A stretch of DNA of 64,000 nt from Octopus vulgaris (Eukaryota). Under the pieces are notes generated by a model. That model made no database searches. It had not been told where the DNA came from and saw only the letters and a program-made list of their open reading frames with translations. The stretch is from the NCBI GenBank assembly GCA_951406725.2, contig OX597814.1, positions 22,878,001-22,942,000 on the forward strand, read 5' to 3'. The position numbers and the translations under genes are program-made. Below, piece by piece: positions 51,554 to 64,000 of this stretch (the stretch's first letter is position 1; each line of letters starts with the position of its first letter).

Positions 51554-53423
51554 ACATCAATAGTTACTATAGATATGTCACCATAACTATATACACATAT
51601 ATATATTTGATAATTCACCTACACAAAGAGATAATACAAGCAAAGAATGCTCTATAATAGTTTTACTCATGGCTGGAGAGCTCCTCTCCTTGGAAGGTGG
51701 CTACAAGTATTGAAAAGAGACAGACAAATTGTATTCAATAAAATCAAAATTGTTTTAAAGTTGTCCAACACTATGATAATAGGAGAATAATTAATCATAT
51801 GGATACAAACTCTGTTCTTACTTGTCATTAAATAAACAGAGGGAAAGGGGAAATTTTTCACTAAAATTGGGATGCAGGCTGGTATTTGCCAGTTTGAGAA
51901 CCATTGCTCTATAGCAATCCAATTGAAATGCCCATCCTTTTAAGAACACCCTGCGAGGATTTACATGTTAACCAATTTAAATGTTAAATATTGCTTAAAT
52001 ATCACATACTTAAGTGCACATCAGTAAATACCTAAAATTGATCACATTTCCACCATAGAAATTAATGGGATGCTGAGACAAGAACATCTGGTTTCAACAT
52101 GTGAAAAAAATTAGCTGAAATATTTAAATATCATAGACTCTAACAAAGTATTTACATAAATCCTATAATTGTCATTGATGTTACTTTTCTTAACAATGCA
52201 GGTATATTACCTAATCAAAAGTTGTATAACAATTTTAGCACCCAAAGTTCTTAAGTATTTTCAATTATTTAAACCTTGAAGCTTCACTTTTAAATGCAGG
52301 GTCAAGATGCTGAAGCAAACTCTTCACCAGTCACTTGAAAATTTATTCATTATTGTGAAAAAGCAGAAAATATACAATATATGATAGATGTGCATGGCTG
52401 GCTAAATCTTCTTACTAGAAGACTATCCAACAACTTGAAGATTATTTGTCTCAAGAAAACAGATTTTTGAGTGAATAAACAATACCTGTGTGATTATTAA
52501 AACTTGCATTAGAGATTAGTTCTTTCTGACAATAAGAGAGTTGTTTCTATGCTTTGCCTATCAAATGTGAGCTCCTCACATTTTCACAGATTGCTTGCTC
52601 TACATCCTTAATCCATAACTCTACCATAAGTAAGTTCTTCACAGCTATTAGCAGCCTTACAAACTTTCCTATCAGGTGTGAAAAATTCTTGCTCTTTGCC
52701 CATCTTCCAGTGCCCTCATTCACCAGATTTTTATTTTTATTATGTCTCTTTTTTTTTATATTTCACCCTTTTTACAAACTTTACTTTTTCATGATGATAC
52801 ATGTTTTATTTAAACTCCACATGTTGCACGTATATACAGTATTATCCCACTCAGTGCTACCACATGTAGATCTCACTTTCTTGTAGATGAAAATTTTCAT
52901 CGAGATATAAATACATTATTATAACAAGCAGGGCTCATAGAAATTTCATGTTGATAAATTTTCTTTCATTTTGATGCCTAAATATGTATCATTGTTTGAT
53001 TATGTAAATGATTTTATGAACATGAGTTAGAACTAAGAATAATGTTAATGAAAACAAAATATTCATCTAAATGTCATATCATAAAAGCACCAAATTGTCT
53101 CTCATATTTTCTTGTTTGGATATTTTTTTAATTAAGCAACTGTTCATCATTCATGTTTCCATGCAGCACCTAAATGCATTATCAAAGTTCTTCCTGATAT
53201 TCTGTCTCTTGTTATTTTTCATATCATATCATTGCTGTTCATTTCATGAATGATTATCCGTTATATGTTACTACATTGTGAACAACATAGGAGACAGTGT
53301 TGAATCAGGCTTCTATTACTTCTTACTTTAGGAAAAATATGTTATGGAATAATGACATAACATACATTTGACTACAAAAACACAGCTGTTTTGACTTTGT
53401 TAACATGTACTCTTCTGTTTTAG

Positions 53424-53448
53424 AGGGCCATCTTCAATGCCAGAAAAT
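53424..53448 (+). other. Candidate 25-nt micro-exon
   Basis: ctcttctgttttAG|agggccatcttcaATGCCAGAAAAT|GTAAGT; splice signals only. Confidence 0.3.
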
Positions 53449-54364
53449 GTAAGTACAGAAATCATTTGGAAACCCCACTTGAGTTGGTGCATTTGCTATA
53501 AAACCACTCCATTGAAAAGATAGCATAAAGATTATCTTTCATTTTACGAGAATATTCTCTTTGATATATTATACAAAGAAGACAGTTTTATGCACAATTG
53601 GAACTCATTAGAAGCAAAAATGAAAACCTTATTGCATGATTAAAAAATCAATATAAAAAAATGCAATGCAATTCAATAGAATTTTAAGATTAATAAAGAT
53701 TGTTGGAATTTTAAAAAATATCTGTTATATTTCTATTTTAAATTACACTTCATTCCAATGCAGACTATAAAAAAAAAATAAAGTACTTTCAATAGATTTA
53801 TTCACGAACAACTTGACTATGATAACTAGTTAAATATTCCAGACAAACTCAACAGAACATAAAACAAATGTTTCTCTTTTTCTTCTAATAAAATTAATTT
53901 TAAAAATCCAATTCAAATATTGTAGTCATTATCATAAATTAATGTGCTTCTTTCATTGCAGTTAAAGCAGTATTATTTTCTCTTGCTTTTTATTCAATGC
54001 TGCTTTCCAATATGTGTGAATAGTTTAGATGAATAGTTATATAACTGGCTACTTGTTTTGTAACTGAAATAGATATTAATTCACAAACACATGATACAAC
54101 CCATTAAATAGTGTGATCAAGAAATAAATTTTGTGGACTTATCCCATGCTTCAAGGTTTGATATGCTGTAATACTTACTGCATGTTAATGTAATTATCAT
54201 TTGTGAGTAATGTCTATTAGCTTTGCATGAGCTATGAAGCAGAAGTAGCTGATTGAATAATTATTCAATGAGCATTATAGAGATGATCATCTTGTCTTTA
54301 TTGTGGGCATACTCTAGGATGATTTAAGATTGCATTACAGTTATTTTCATTTTAAACATAGATT

Positions 54365-54735
54365 AAAACACCATTTGAGCATGATCATTATCTGCATTGC
54401 CTTACTAGCACCTGTGATGGTGGCATGTGTAAAACATTGGAAGCGAGGTCGTTGCCAGTGACGCTGGACTGGCTTCTGTGCAAGTGGCACATAAAAAGCA
54501 CCATCTGAGCATGGCCATTGCCAGTACCGTCTGACTGGCCTTTGTGCCGGTGGGACGTAAAAGCATCCACTACACTCTTGGACTGGTTGGCGTTAGGAAG
54601 GGCATCCAGCTGTAGAAACTCTGCCAGATCAGACTGGAGTCTGGTGCAGCCATCTGGTTCGCAAGACCTCAGTCAAATCGTCCAACCCATGCTAGCATGG
54701 AAAGCGAACGTTAAACGATGATGATGATGATGATA
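54365..54735 (+). mobile_element. RTE 3'-derived short element
   Basis: Reverse-complement homolog of 10452-10806. Confidence 0.85.
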
Positions 54736-55092
54736 ATAGCATGGAATAAAAGAACTCAGTTATCTTTCCACAATCTAGAAATCATCTTGTAATGAAGGAA
54801 AACACATAGATGAAAAACCAATATTTTCATTTTGCAATGCTAAAACAGTAATGTATGAGAGTCCTTGTCCTCACAGAATATATTTAGAGGTCCCTTAACT
54901 CATTATATGCATATTGTATATTGGTTACTTAGATATCAACAAATATGTGCCAGTTGGTACATATTATTAAATGAATTGAATATTTTTATATTGAATCTCT
55001 GATAAATTTCCTTTATTTATTAATCCTTTGAAGGTAGTAAATTTATGGATTCAATATTTGGAAAATTCATAAATGCTTTTCTGTTCAATCGT

Positions 55093-55368
55093 TCATCATC
55101 ATCATTTAACGTCCGTTTTCCATGCTAGCATGGGTTGGATGGTTGGACCGGGGTCTGGGAGGCCAGGAGGCTGCACCAGGTTCCAGTCTGATCTGGCAGT
55201 GTTTCTACAGCTGGATGCTCTTCCTAACACCAACCACTCTGTGAGTGTAGTGGGTGCTTTTTACGTGCCACTGGCACAGGGGCCAGAGGAGGCTGGCAAA
55301 CGGCTACAATCGGTCGGTGCTTTTACGTGTCACTGATACGGATGCCAGTCAGGCGGCGCTGGCATCGT
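55093..55368 (-). mobile_element. RTE 3'-derived short element
   Basis: (CAT)n then ttccatgctagcatgggttgga. Confidence 0.85.
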
Positions 55369-56285
55369 GAGCACAAATCCTCTCTGGACTGGCATTTTCT
55401 TTCATCTGTTCAGGATTGATGAAATAAGTATTAAAAATATATTGGTGATTGTTTCACTCATTTTACACCTCGTCCTTTTGAAATTTGTTTAAAACTAATA
55501 TCACAAATTATTGTTGAATTACTCCAATTCATTCTCGTATCCACAAAATTAAGATTAAATTAAAATTCATTATACTTATTGAAATTCCAGTTAACATCCT
55601 AAAATTTTGTCCACTAGAAACATTTTGACTGTCAAGTGCTTCAATTACATGTGGAATTCTCATCACACATCAATACATATAACTTTCATATCTGATTATA
55701 TATTGTAATATCACTTGTTCTTTATTTTGTGTTACTCACAACCAATTAGACAATATTTCTCCTTGAGAATGCTGAGTTTTATATCTTATGTTCACTTCAT
55801 TGTTTAAAATCCCTTTTATGCATTTTCTACACATATCTACCTACTTGTTACTGCAAAGCATGCTAAAAAGGCATTAATCAAATGAAACTTCGTGTACAGA
55901 ATAAGCTGTCATGTTCGAAAGCAGAAAAAATATCAAAATTTCCATATAAATCCAATTTAGTAGCGTCATGCAAGAGAACAATGACTAAAATATGAAATTG
56001 TTGAATACACTGAATAAAAATGTATTTACTTGTTTTATGCTTTTTTTTTCTCTATTGTGCTTTATTGTTGTTACTGTTATTATGACCTGAAAATACAAAT
56101 AAATTCATTCCCCCTGAAAAATAAAATAGGTTCCCAAATTGTTATACCTCTACATCAGATATTCTAAATATGATTGTCAATTTTATTACTAGCCCTTTAA
56201 GTCATAATTTCAACCCTTACAAAGTGCTGAAGTTATAGACAAATCTTTGGTTATTGTGTAAATGGTATTTTATTTGATTTAACAG

Positions 56286-56390
56286 GTTCTACTCCGAGAC
56301 GAAAACCTAAAGAATTTGTTAAGTAGGAAGGTTGCAAAGGTTATAATGAGAGTAGAAACAGCGCAAACTGTGAAACGAATGAAAAAAGAA
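56286..56390 (+). other. Candidate 105-nt coding exon (or terminal exon to the stop at ~56450)
   Basis: ttttatttgatttaacAG|GTTCTACTC...AAAGAA|GTATGT; open frame VLLRDENLKNLLSRKVAKVIMRVETAQTVKRMKKE; CpGs retained. Confidence 0.3.
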
Positions 56391-57558
56391 GTATGTGGTT
56401 CTACAACAAGAAAGAGAAAAGCTCAAAAGGAAGAGAAATGGATTGAATAAATAATAATATTGATTACTTTGAATATTCTAACAAGATTTATATTTTTCTT
56501 CTTCGTTTTCATGGATAAAATCTGATTAGAAATTTCAATCGAAAGAGCTGCATCTATATTCTCTACATGGAGACAAAGGAATTGAAGTAATAGAAATACT
56601 TAAGCAAAAATAAAACATATAAAACAGATTTAAAGCAATTTTTTTTTTAAAACACAGAGTATTTTATTTAATAAAATAATAGTATGTAGGTGGAGAAAAA
56701 AAAATCTCTTCCAAACTTTTACACCTTAAATTTGATTTGAATTATTTATTTATTTATATATTTATGTATTTCTTGACTTAGCTAATTCAATAAACTGATT
56801 GTAGTCATGTGATCAGTTAGGTTGGTAGAGAGAATGATTGATTATAGAGGATAGATGAGTATATCAGACACAGCTGCTTGTCAATGGTAAAAGTTTTTCT
56901 TTGAAATTAAACAAAATAAACGAAACAAAAAAAACCTACCAGAAGCATAAAAACAAAAGGAAATAAGTAACAAAGCAAAAATGCGGAGGAAAACGAGAAA
57001 GAATTGAATTTAAAATATATCAGAACTTTCATCAAAATATATTTGTCAATAACACATGGAGAAATAAACGAAGATGGGGAGAAGTTAGGTAGATAAAGGC
57101 AGATGTGACTTGTTTTATAACATACCACACCTCTTTAATATGAAAATGTTATATGAAAATGAATGAAACTGAAGTACGTACTTCAACATCCAAAACTATA
57201 TTGTTGAGATGCTGGAGTGAAGTCAAGTAGAGGTGTACAAGAGGTAAGATGGAGAGGAATCTCAGCCAGATTCCTCACAGGCAAGAAACACAGGTATACC
57301 TTTTTCTGTGAAGGTAACTGCAATGGAGTATATTGAAGGAGTAGACATATTTTTTTGCAGAGAATTTGGTAGATAAAGTTATTAAAGTAAAATAAGTAAG
57401 CTTAGCATGGGTAGAATAGTTAAGTGGAGCTAATCATGGGTAACGTGAGTGACTTTTATCTCTGCATGGTGACCTTTATTAAGGGGATGTAAATGTAAAA
57501 TAAAAAGTGAACTGTTTTTAACAGGCCATTCTAAAGACTACTCCAATATAGAATGATA

Positions 57559-57817
57559 ATAATAAATAAATGCGCCCTTTTAAAGCCTAGCCACGCTCGT
57601 GGGCCTGGTTTCCCGGTTTCAATGGCATATGTGTTCCCCAGCTGGACGGGACACCAGTCCATCGTAGTGTTACTCATTTTTGCCAGCTGAGTGGACTGGA
57701 GCAACGTGAAATGAAGTGTTTTGCTCAAGAACACAACGCATCCCCCAGTCCAGGAATCAAAACCACAACCTTACAATCATGAGTTCAACACCCTAAACAC
57801 TAAGCCACGCGCCTCCA
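57559..57817 (-). mobile_element. V-domain-like tRNA SINE with 15-bp TSD
   Basis: caatatagaatgata at 57544-57558 and 57818-57832; gatggactggtgtcccgtccag. Confidence 0.85.
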
Positions 57818-58479
57818 CAATATAGAATGATAGTGTCTTCTTTATCTGCATTAAAGGCTTTAATGTACATTTTGGGCAATATCATGATGACTTCTTGGGT
57901 GTACACAGAGGCTATAAGAATGTGTATGAATGAGGAACCTTTAAGTTTCGTGATTCAAAGGACTTACAGTAGCAACAGTAGCTTCAAAAGAATCTGCCAG
58001 AGAAGTCTTTCTCTAGTGAAGAGACATATCATATAACATATACCAATGATTAGTAACTTAAGAGCAAGAGCAAAACGGATCCAGTAAAACAAACTGCTTG
58101 GAGGAGGAGGATTTGAAAAGAACTCTCCACTCAGAAATTTGTAGATTCATGATGGAAGAACAAAAAAAAGAAAAGAAGAAAAAACGGAAAATGAAAAACG
58201 AAACTTATAACAGCATGTACAATTGAATGATTCTGCTAGACAACCTGCAGTCAGCTTCAGACAAAGTATTTAGTTGGTATACAGATCCAACTAAATATTG
58301 CCATAGTTAGAGACATAAAATCTACGAAACTAGGCTGTAAAAATAAACAAGAGGGAGAGGGTAAAAGAACAGTAACAAATGGCTAACATATGATGTATAG
58401 TTAGCAAGGAAAGGAGCCAAAAAAGAGTTGCACCTTTCAAGCAGTATACTTGAAAAATTATGCAAGCCCTAAGAAATAA

Positions 58480-59040
58480 TTGAAATGTTGTGTTACCTAA
58501 GTGATATTATTAAAAATGGCGAGGTATTTCGAAAATATAGCAGCCACAAGTTTAAGTCCAAGGAGCTGTTACTGCTGATAGCGAACAATTTCTTTCTCAC
58601 AGTGAATGGTAGATTGTGCAGATTGTATGACATTTGTATACGAGTGCTGATGTTGCATGGTATTGAAGTTTGGACCTTGAGTGCAGAGAAGTTGTGAAAA
58701 CTGTTAAGAAATGGAATAAGTGTGTTCTGCTTGATTTGTGATGTTAGTGTGCATGAACGAAGGGGCATAAATAACAGAGGACAGTAGAGTGTAAGAGAAG
58801 TCAGATTTAGAGCACATGAGAGAAAAATGTGCTGGTATAGAAATGTGATATGCATGAGAGCTGGGGTTATTTGCATGAACTAGTGCTGAATGCTTGAAAT
58901 AGATGGAACATCAGAAAGTGAGAGATCTAGGAAGACGTGAGACTATGTGGTGAGGACTGCTCCTAAGAAGCTGGATCTCGCAAATGAAGATCATAAAGGT
59001 CTGCAATGAGTGGCGATAAGGTGCATTAGAAAGATCCGAT
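58480..59040 (+). mobile_element. Old RTE RT C-terminal remnant
   Basis: RLYDICIRVLMLHGIEVW resembles RLYDACVRTAMLHGSETW. Confidence 0.65.
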
Positions 59041-60156
59041 CAAGTGTTTCAATGCAGGTGGGAAACTGGTAATGGTGATGGGGAGAGTGGTGGTGTAGTA
59101 ATTGAATTTGTGATGTCCTATCTACATGTGGGTCTTTTTTGTTCATTATTTTAATTTTATTTATCTATCTACTTATACAAATTCTCCCTGTTTGTTCCCC
59201 ACCAATCATTCACCCTCCTTTCTATCACTGTGCCTATGTAAGGCAATCAATCCTCACTTTTCAATAATCGCTACCGTCACACAGACTAACAGAGGATAAC
59301 ATTGTATTTGTCCCTTTTCAGTCCCTATTAACACCATATTTCTTTCTTGTTTGCTATCATCTTTGCTCACGCATTTCCCTCACTCCTATCATTTATTATT
59401 GATATCCATCGTTTTTCCCGCTCTTTCTCTCCATCTCTCCATCCCCCCTCTCTCTCTCTCTCTAACTATCACTATATCACTATTATTGTCATCATTCACT
59501 TGCTACCTTTTACTCTTATTCATTTTTTTTTGTTACTCAGCCCACTCTCATTCCCCTCATTCATCCTTTTAGTCCAGTTGCAAATAAAAAAAGCTCAGAA
59601 AGTACAGTAGATAAATACAGTAGCTGCTGATGTAATGTTTACTTTAAAAAAAAGCTGGTGTCATGATAAAATACATGTAGTACACATTTTAATATGGTTG
59701 ACGTTAGAAAGGATATTTATTCAGGGAAATTATACCCAAATTGAAACAAGAGAAATGTGGCGATTGGACACTCCAGCAAAGCAGGAAATGATATTGTTGT
59801 GTTTTCAGAGGGCCATACCTCCAATAAAATTACACGTGCTGGTTATATTGCACTTCAGGTTTATTACCCGTCAATTAGATAATTGATCATTTTGTTAGTC
59901 GATTAGATGGTCAATGTTCTTTTGTTTCACTCTGGCACCTTAATATCTATGTGTTCATCAGCATTTATTGCAAGTTTACTCTTTATCTTACTGGTTCTGT
60001 AGCACCAAGATCCCACACTTCAAGTGCATATGTACATTTATTACGAGCACAATCATTTCAATTTACAACAATATTTATATATGTATGCATTTATCTTTCT
60101 ATCTAATCATCTAGCTAGCTATCTGTCTATACGTCTGATTGTATATGTATGTATGA

Positions 60157-61583
60157 ATTCAAGACAGGGAGCTCCTCTATACTGATGACCTTGCTCTAAT
60201 TGCTGAGTCACTATCAGAACTGGAGGAGAAGTTTCAGGTGTGGAAGCAAGGATTAGAATGGAAGAGCCTTAGAGTCAATCTAGCTAAAACCAAAGTCCTA
60301 ATAAGTAGGAAGGTAGACAAATCACAAACGCCTTCAGGTAGATGGCTCTGCTCGCTCTGTAGAAAAAGCATAGGTAGAAACTCTATAAGATGCACCAAGT
60401 GTAAGCTATGGACACATAAGAGGTGCAGCAATGTCAAAGGAAGGCTAACTAGGAAGATAGATTTTGTATGTGGCAGATGCTCAGGAAGCAATAAACACTG
60501 AAAATGCTCTGAGACCAACTTCTGCCACATTCCAGGGAGAAAAACTAGAAATAGTTGATAGCTTCCGTTACCTAGGTGACCAAGTCAGTAGCGGGGGCGG
60601 GTGTGCTGAAATGTAACTGCTAGAGTAAGAATAGCTTGGGCAAAGTTCAGAGAGCTCTTACCTTTGCTGGTGACAAAAGGCCTCTCACTCAGAGTTAAAG
60701 GCAGACTGTATGACGCATGTGTACGAACAGCCATGCTACATGGCAGTGAAACATGGGCCGTGACTGCTGAGGATATGCGTAAGCTCGCAAGAAATGAAGC
60801 CAGTATGCTCCGATGGATGTGTAATGTCAGTGTTCATACTCGACAGAGTATAAGTACCTTGAGAGAAAAGTTGAACCTAAGAAGCAAGAGAGACGTTTGC
60901 GCTGGTATGGTCATGTGGCGAGAATGGATGAAGATAGTTGTGTGAAAAAGTGCCACACCTTAGCGGTTGAGGGAACTTGTGGAAGAGGCAGACCCAGGAA
61001 AACCTGGGACGAGGTGGTGAAACACGACCTTCGAACTTTAGGTCTCACCGAGGAAATGACTACAGACCGAGATCTTTGGAAGTAAGCTGTGCGTGAGAAG
61101 ACCTGGCAGGACAAGTGACACCATAACCCGTGGCCTCTACATGGGATATAGCCAGTCCAGTTATGCATACCTTTCCTTCTTGGGACACAAAACTACACTT
61201 GTGAAGACCTGTTGAGGCAAGTGAAAATCGAAATCGATCAACATCAATGGAAATTGCAGCTGTGATACCAGTGACGGTGGTACGTAAGAGAACCATCCGA
61301 ACGTGGCCGTTGCCAGCGCCGCCCCGACTGGCCTCGTGCCGGTGGCACGTAAAAAGCACTATCCGGTCGTGGGCGTTGCCAGCCCCGCCTGGCACCTGTG
61401 CTGGTGGCAAGTAAAAAGCACCCACTACACTCACGGAGTGGTTGGCGTTAGGAAGGGCATCCAGCCGTAGAAACATTGCCAGATCAGACTGGGCCTGGTG
61501 CAGCCTTCTGGTTTCCCAGACCTCAGTTGAACCGTCCAACCCATGCTAGCATGGAAAGCGGACGCTAAATGATGATGATGATG
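60157..61583 (+). mobile_element. 5'-truncated RTE-clade LINE with PHD finger in the RT region, 3' UTR and (ATG)n tail
   Basis: LLYTDDL (YADD), LRVNLAKTK, C4HC3 finger, FRYLG, MLHGSETW, RWYGHVARM, GRGRPRKTW; frameshifted. Confidence 0.9.
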
Positions 61584-61632
61584 AATTTTAGCATAAATCT
61601 TTCATTTTAATGAGACAACCGGATATAAATAA

Positions 61633-61691
<59 letters not shown>

Positions 61692-61693
<2 letters not shown>

Positions 61694-61751
61694 TAGAGAA
61701 AAAAATCACTATTATGCAATTCAAACAATAATAGTGATTTTTTTCTCTAAT
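61692..61751. repeat. Perfect 24-bp inverted repeat with 12-nt loop
   Basis: attagagaaaaaaatcactattat at 61692-61715 versus 61728-61751. Confidence 0.9.
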
Positions 61752-64000
61752 CTCTCTATATATAAAACTGAGAATGTGTGTCTGAGGTTTGCAACTCCGT
61801 TAAATCCATCAAGTACGTTTGCAAATATGTAAACAAGGGTTCTGACGCTGCAATGTTTGGACTTCAACAAGAATACTGCCAGGATGAGGTGACGCATTAT
61901 TAGGTGGGACGGTACATAAGTAGCAACGAGGCTTTCTGGCGCATCTTTGGCTTTCCAATTCACCAACGACTCCCCGCCATTCAACAGCTTGCAGTGCACC
62001 TGGAAAATGGTTAAAGAGTGTACTTCACCGATTCAAATGCTTCTCTGTTGGCAGAGGAACCAAGGGATAGCACACTCACTGCATTCTTCAAGCTTTGTCA
62101 AGTGGATCCACTCGCTCAAACCTTGCTGTATCCACAGATTCCATCGTACTACACTTGGAATGGAAAAAAATGGGCCCAACGGAAAGCAGGTCAAAATTTT
62201 CATGGATACCCTGGCATTAAGTTTCACACTTGCCTTGGGCGAGTATACACAGTGCATCCCACTCAACAAGAGTGCTTCTACCTTCGTCTACTACTGCATG
62301 AGGTCAGAGGGCCAACGTCTTTCCAGGCCCTAAAAGCCGTTCATGGACATGTCTGCACAACATACAGAGAGGCCTGCTATCGACAAGGTCTGTTAGAAGA
62401 TGGTGCACAATGGGATGCAACTTTAGGAGAGGCTGCTTTATCACAATCACCTAAAAGTCTCAAGGCACTATTTACAGTATTACTACAGGCATGCGAACTG
62501 TGTGATCCGGCCACTCTATGGCTCAAATATAGAGATAACCTGACTGAAGACTTTCAGCGCCAAGTTCAACTGCTCTATCCTGACATGGAGGGCATCAGCA
62601 ATGAAATCTATAACAAAACACTCATTGACATTGAAGACAGAATTGCTAAACTGGGTGGAAATGAATTGTCGACGTATGGCCTGCCACAAGCATTCAGGTT
62701 AGGGTCAAATAGCCTTCCCACTGCTGTCATTCGTGAAACAACCTACGACACTCAAGCGCTTTCAAAGAACAGTGTTGAAAATGAGCCTAAATTACTTCCG
62801 GACCAGCTGTAGGCCTACAGAACTATTCTTAACAGTGTACGCCAACGCGAGGGACGAATCTTCTTCCTCGATGCTCCTGGAGGGACAGAAAAACATTTAT
62901 TACAAAGCTTCTCCTTGCAGAACTTAGGCTGCATCAGGACATTGCAGTAGCTGTAGCCTCCTCTGGCAATGCAGCTACTTTGTTACCCGGTGGCAGGACA
63001 GCACACTCAACTTTTAAACTTCCTCTCAATTTAGCAGCATCCGAAATGCCTTCATACAACATCAACAAAAGCTCAGATCAGGGACAAGTACTTAAAATGT
63101 GTCATCTAATTGTCTGGGATGAGTGCACTATAGCTCACAAGGGAGCTTTGGAAGCATCAGATAGAGCCCTGAAAGACATCCGAGACTGTCAGGCTCCAAT
63201 GGGAGAAGTAACGCTTCTGTTGTTAGGTGATTTCAGGCAAACTCTTCCTGTCATTCCGAAAGGCACTAGAGTAGATGAAGTCCAACCATGCCTAAAGTCC
63301 TCTACCCTGTGGCATCATGTTACAATCATCAGTCTCTCCACTAACATGAGAGCTCAGCTACACGGCGACAAAATGTCCACAAAGTTTGCACAGGACATTT
63401 TGACACTTGGTGAAGGCAAGATGCCTCTCGATGCTGCAGGACAAATGGAAGTGTGGTCATTTTCCTCCGTTGTTAATTCTGTAGATGACCTAAAAAACAA
63501 AGTCTTTCCCAACATTACACAAAACTACCAAAATTACAATTGGCTGTGCGAAAGAGCAATATTATCTCCAAAAACGTCGCTGTTAACAAAATTAAACAAC
63601 AGCTAATGCATTCTCTTCCCGGCACTATACACACTTACAAGTCTGTTGATACAATTCCAGATATAAATGAAGTTGTGAACTATCCTCCTGAATTTCTCAA
63701 TTCACTGGAGACTCCTGAACTACCTCCATAATATTAGCACTTAAAGTTGGAACTCCTGTAATGCTACTCAGCAATCTGGAACCACCAAGACTTTGCAATG
63801 GAACACGACTGGTGATAAAGAAAATGATGTCACACGTTATCGAGGCGATCATTCTTTCTGGATGTGGAAAAGGTGATGACGTCTTTATTCCAAGAATTCC
63901 TCTTACTCCATCAGGAGCAGAAATTCCATTTACATTCAGAAGACTGCAATTCCCCCTTCGTGTCAGCTTTGTCATGTCCATTAACAAATCTCAGGGTCAA
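61751..64000 (+). mobile_element. Helitron, internally deleted and pseudogenised RepHel (Rep tyrosine motif plus PIF1-like helicase); continues past the window
   Basis: 5' A|TC..TATATATAAAA; SIKYVCKYVNKGSD; DAPGGT-KTF (Walker A, frameshifted); GGRTAHSTFKLPL; IVWDEC; GDFRQTLPV; LCNGTRL; SINKSQGQ. Confidence 0.93.

Noticed and set aside
62018-63606. PIF1 helicase as a host gene
   Set aside because: Preceded by the Helitron Rep motif and terminus, intronless, with stops and frameshifts

Overview
AT-rich, repeat-dense eukaryotic DNA, probably intronic or intergenic. The repeat families look like those of a coleoid cephalopod (Octopus-like); this is recognition from memory, not a database result. 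I found no intact protein-coding gene. Most ORFs in the track are microsatellite, SINE or dead-transposon read-through. The window holds tRNA-headed SINEs of several families, RTE LINE fragments and their short 3' derivatives with (ATG)n tails, R4/Dong-like RLE LINEs (one near full length), CR1-like tails, Penelope-like fragments, mariner, maT (DD37D) and DD37E Tc1-like remnants, MITEs, and an internally deleted Helitron running off the right end. The top observation is at 36138-36706: a ~361-bp, hairpin-rich tandem unit with a 10-bp target-site duplication and a 5' inversion. It carries a Schistosoma-type hammerhead ribozyme relic and is a candidate cephalopod retrozyme (circular-RNA retroelement). 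Further hammerhead relics lie in Penelope-like termini, and several locally templated insertions are visible. Coordinates of decayed repeats are approximate.
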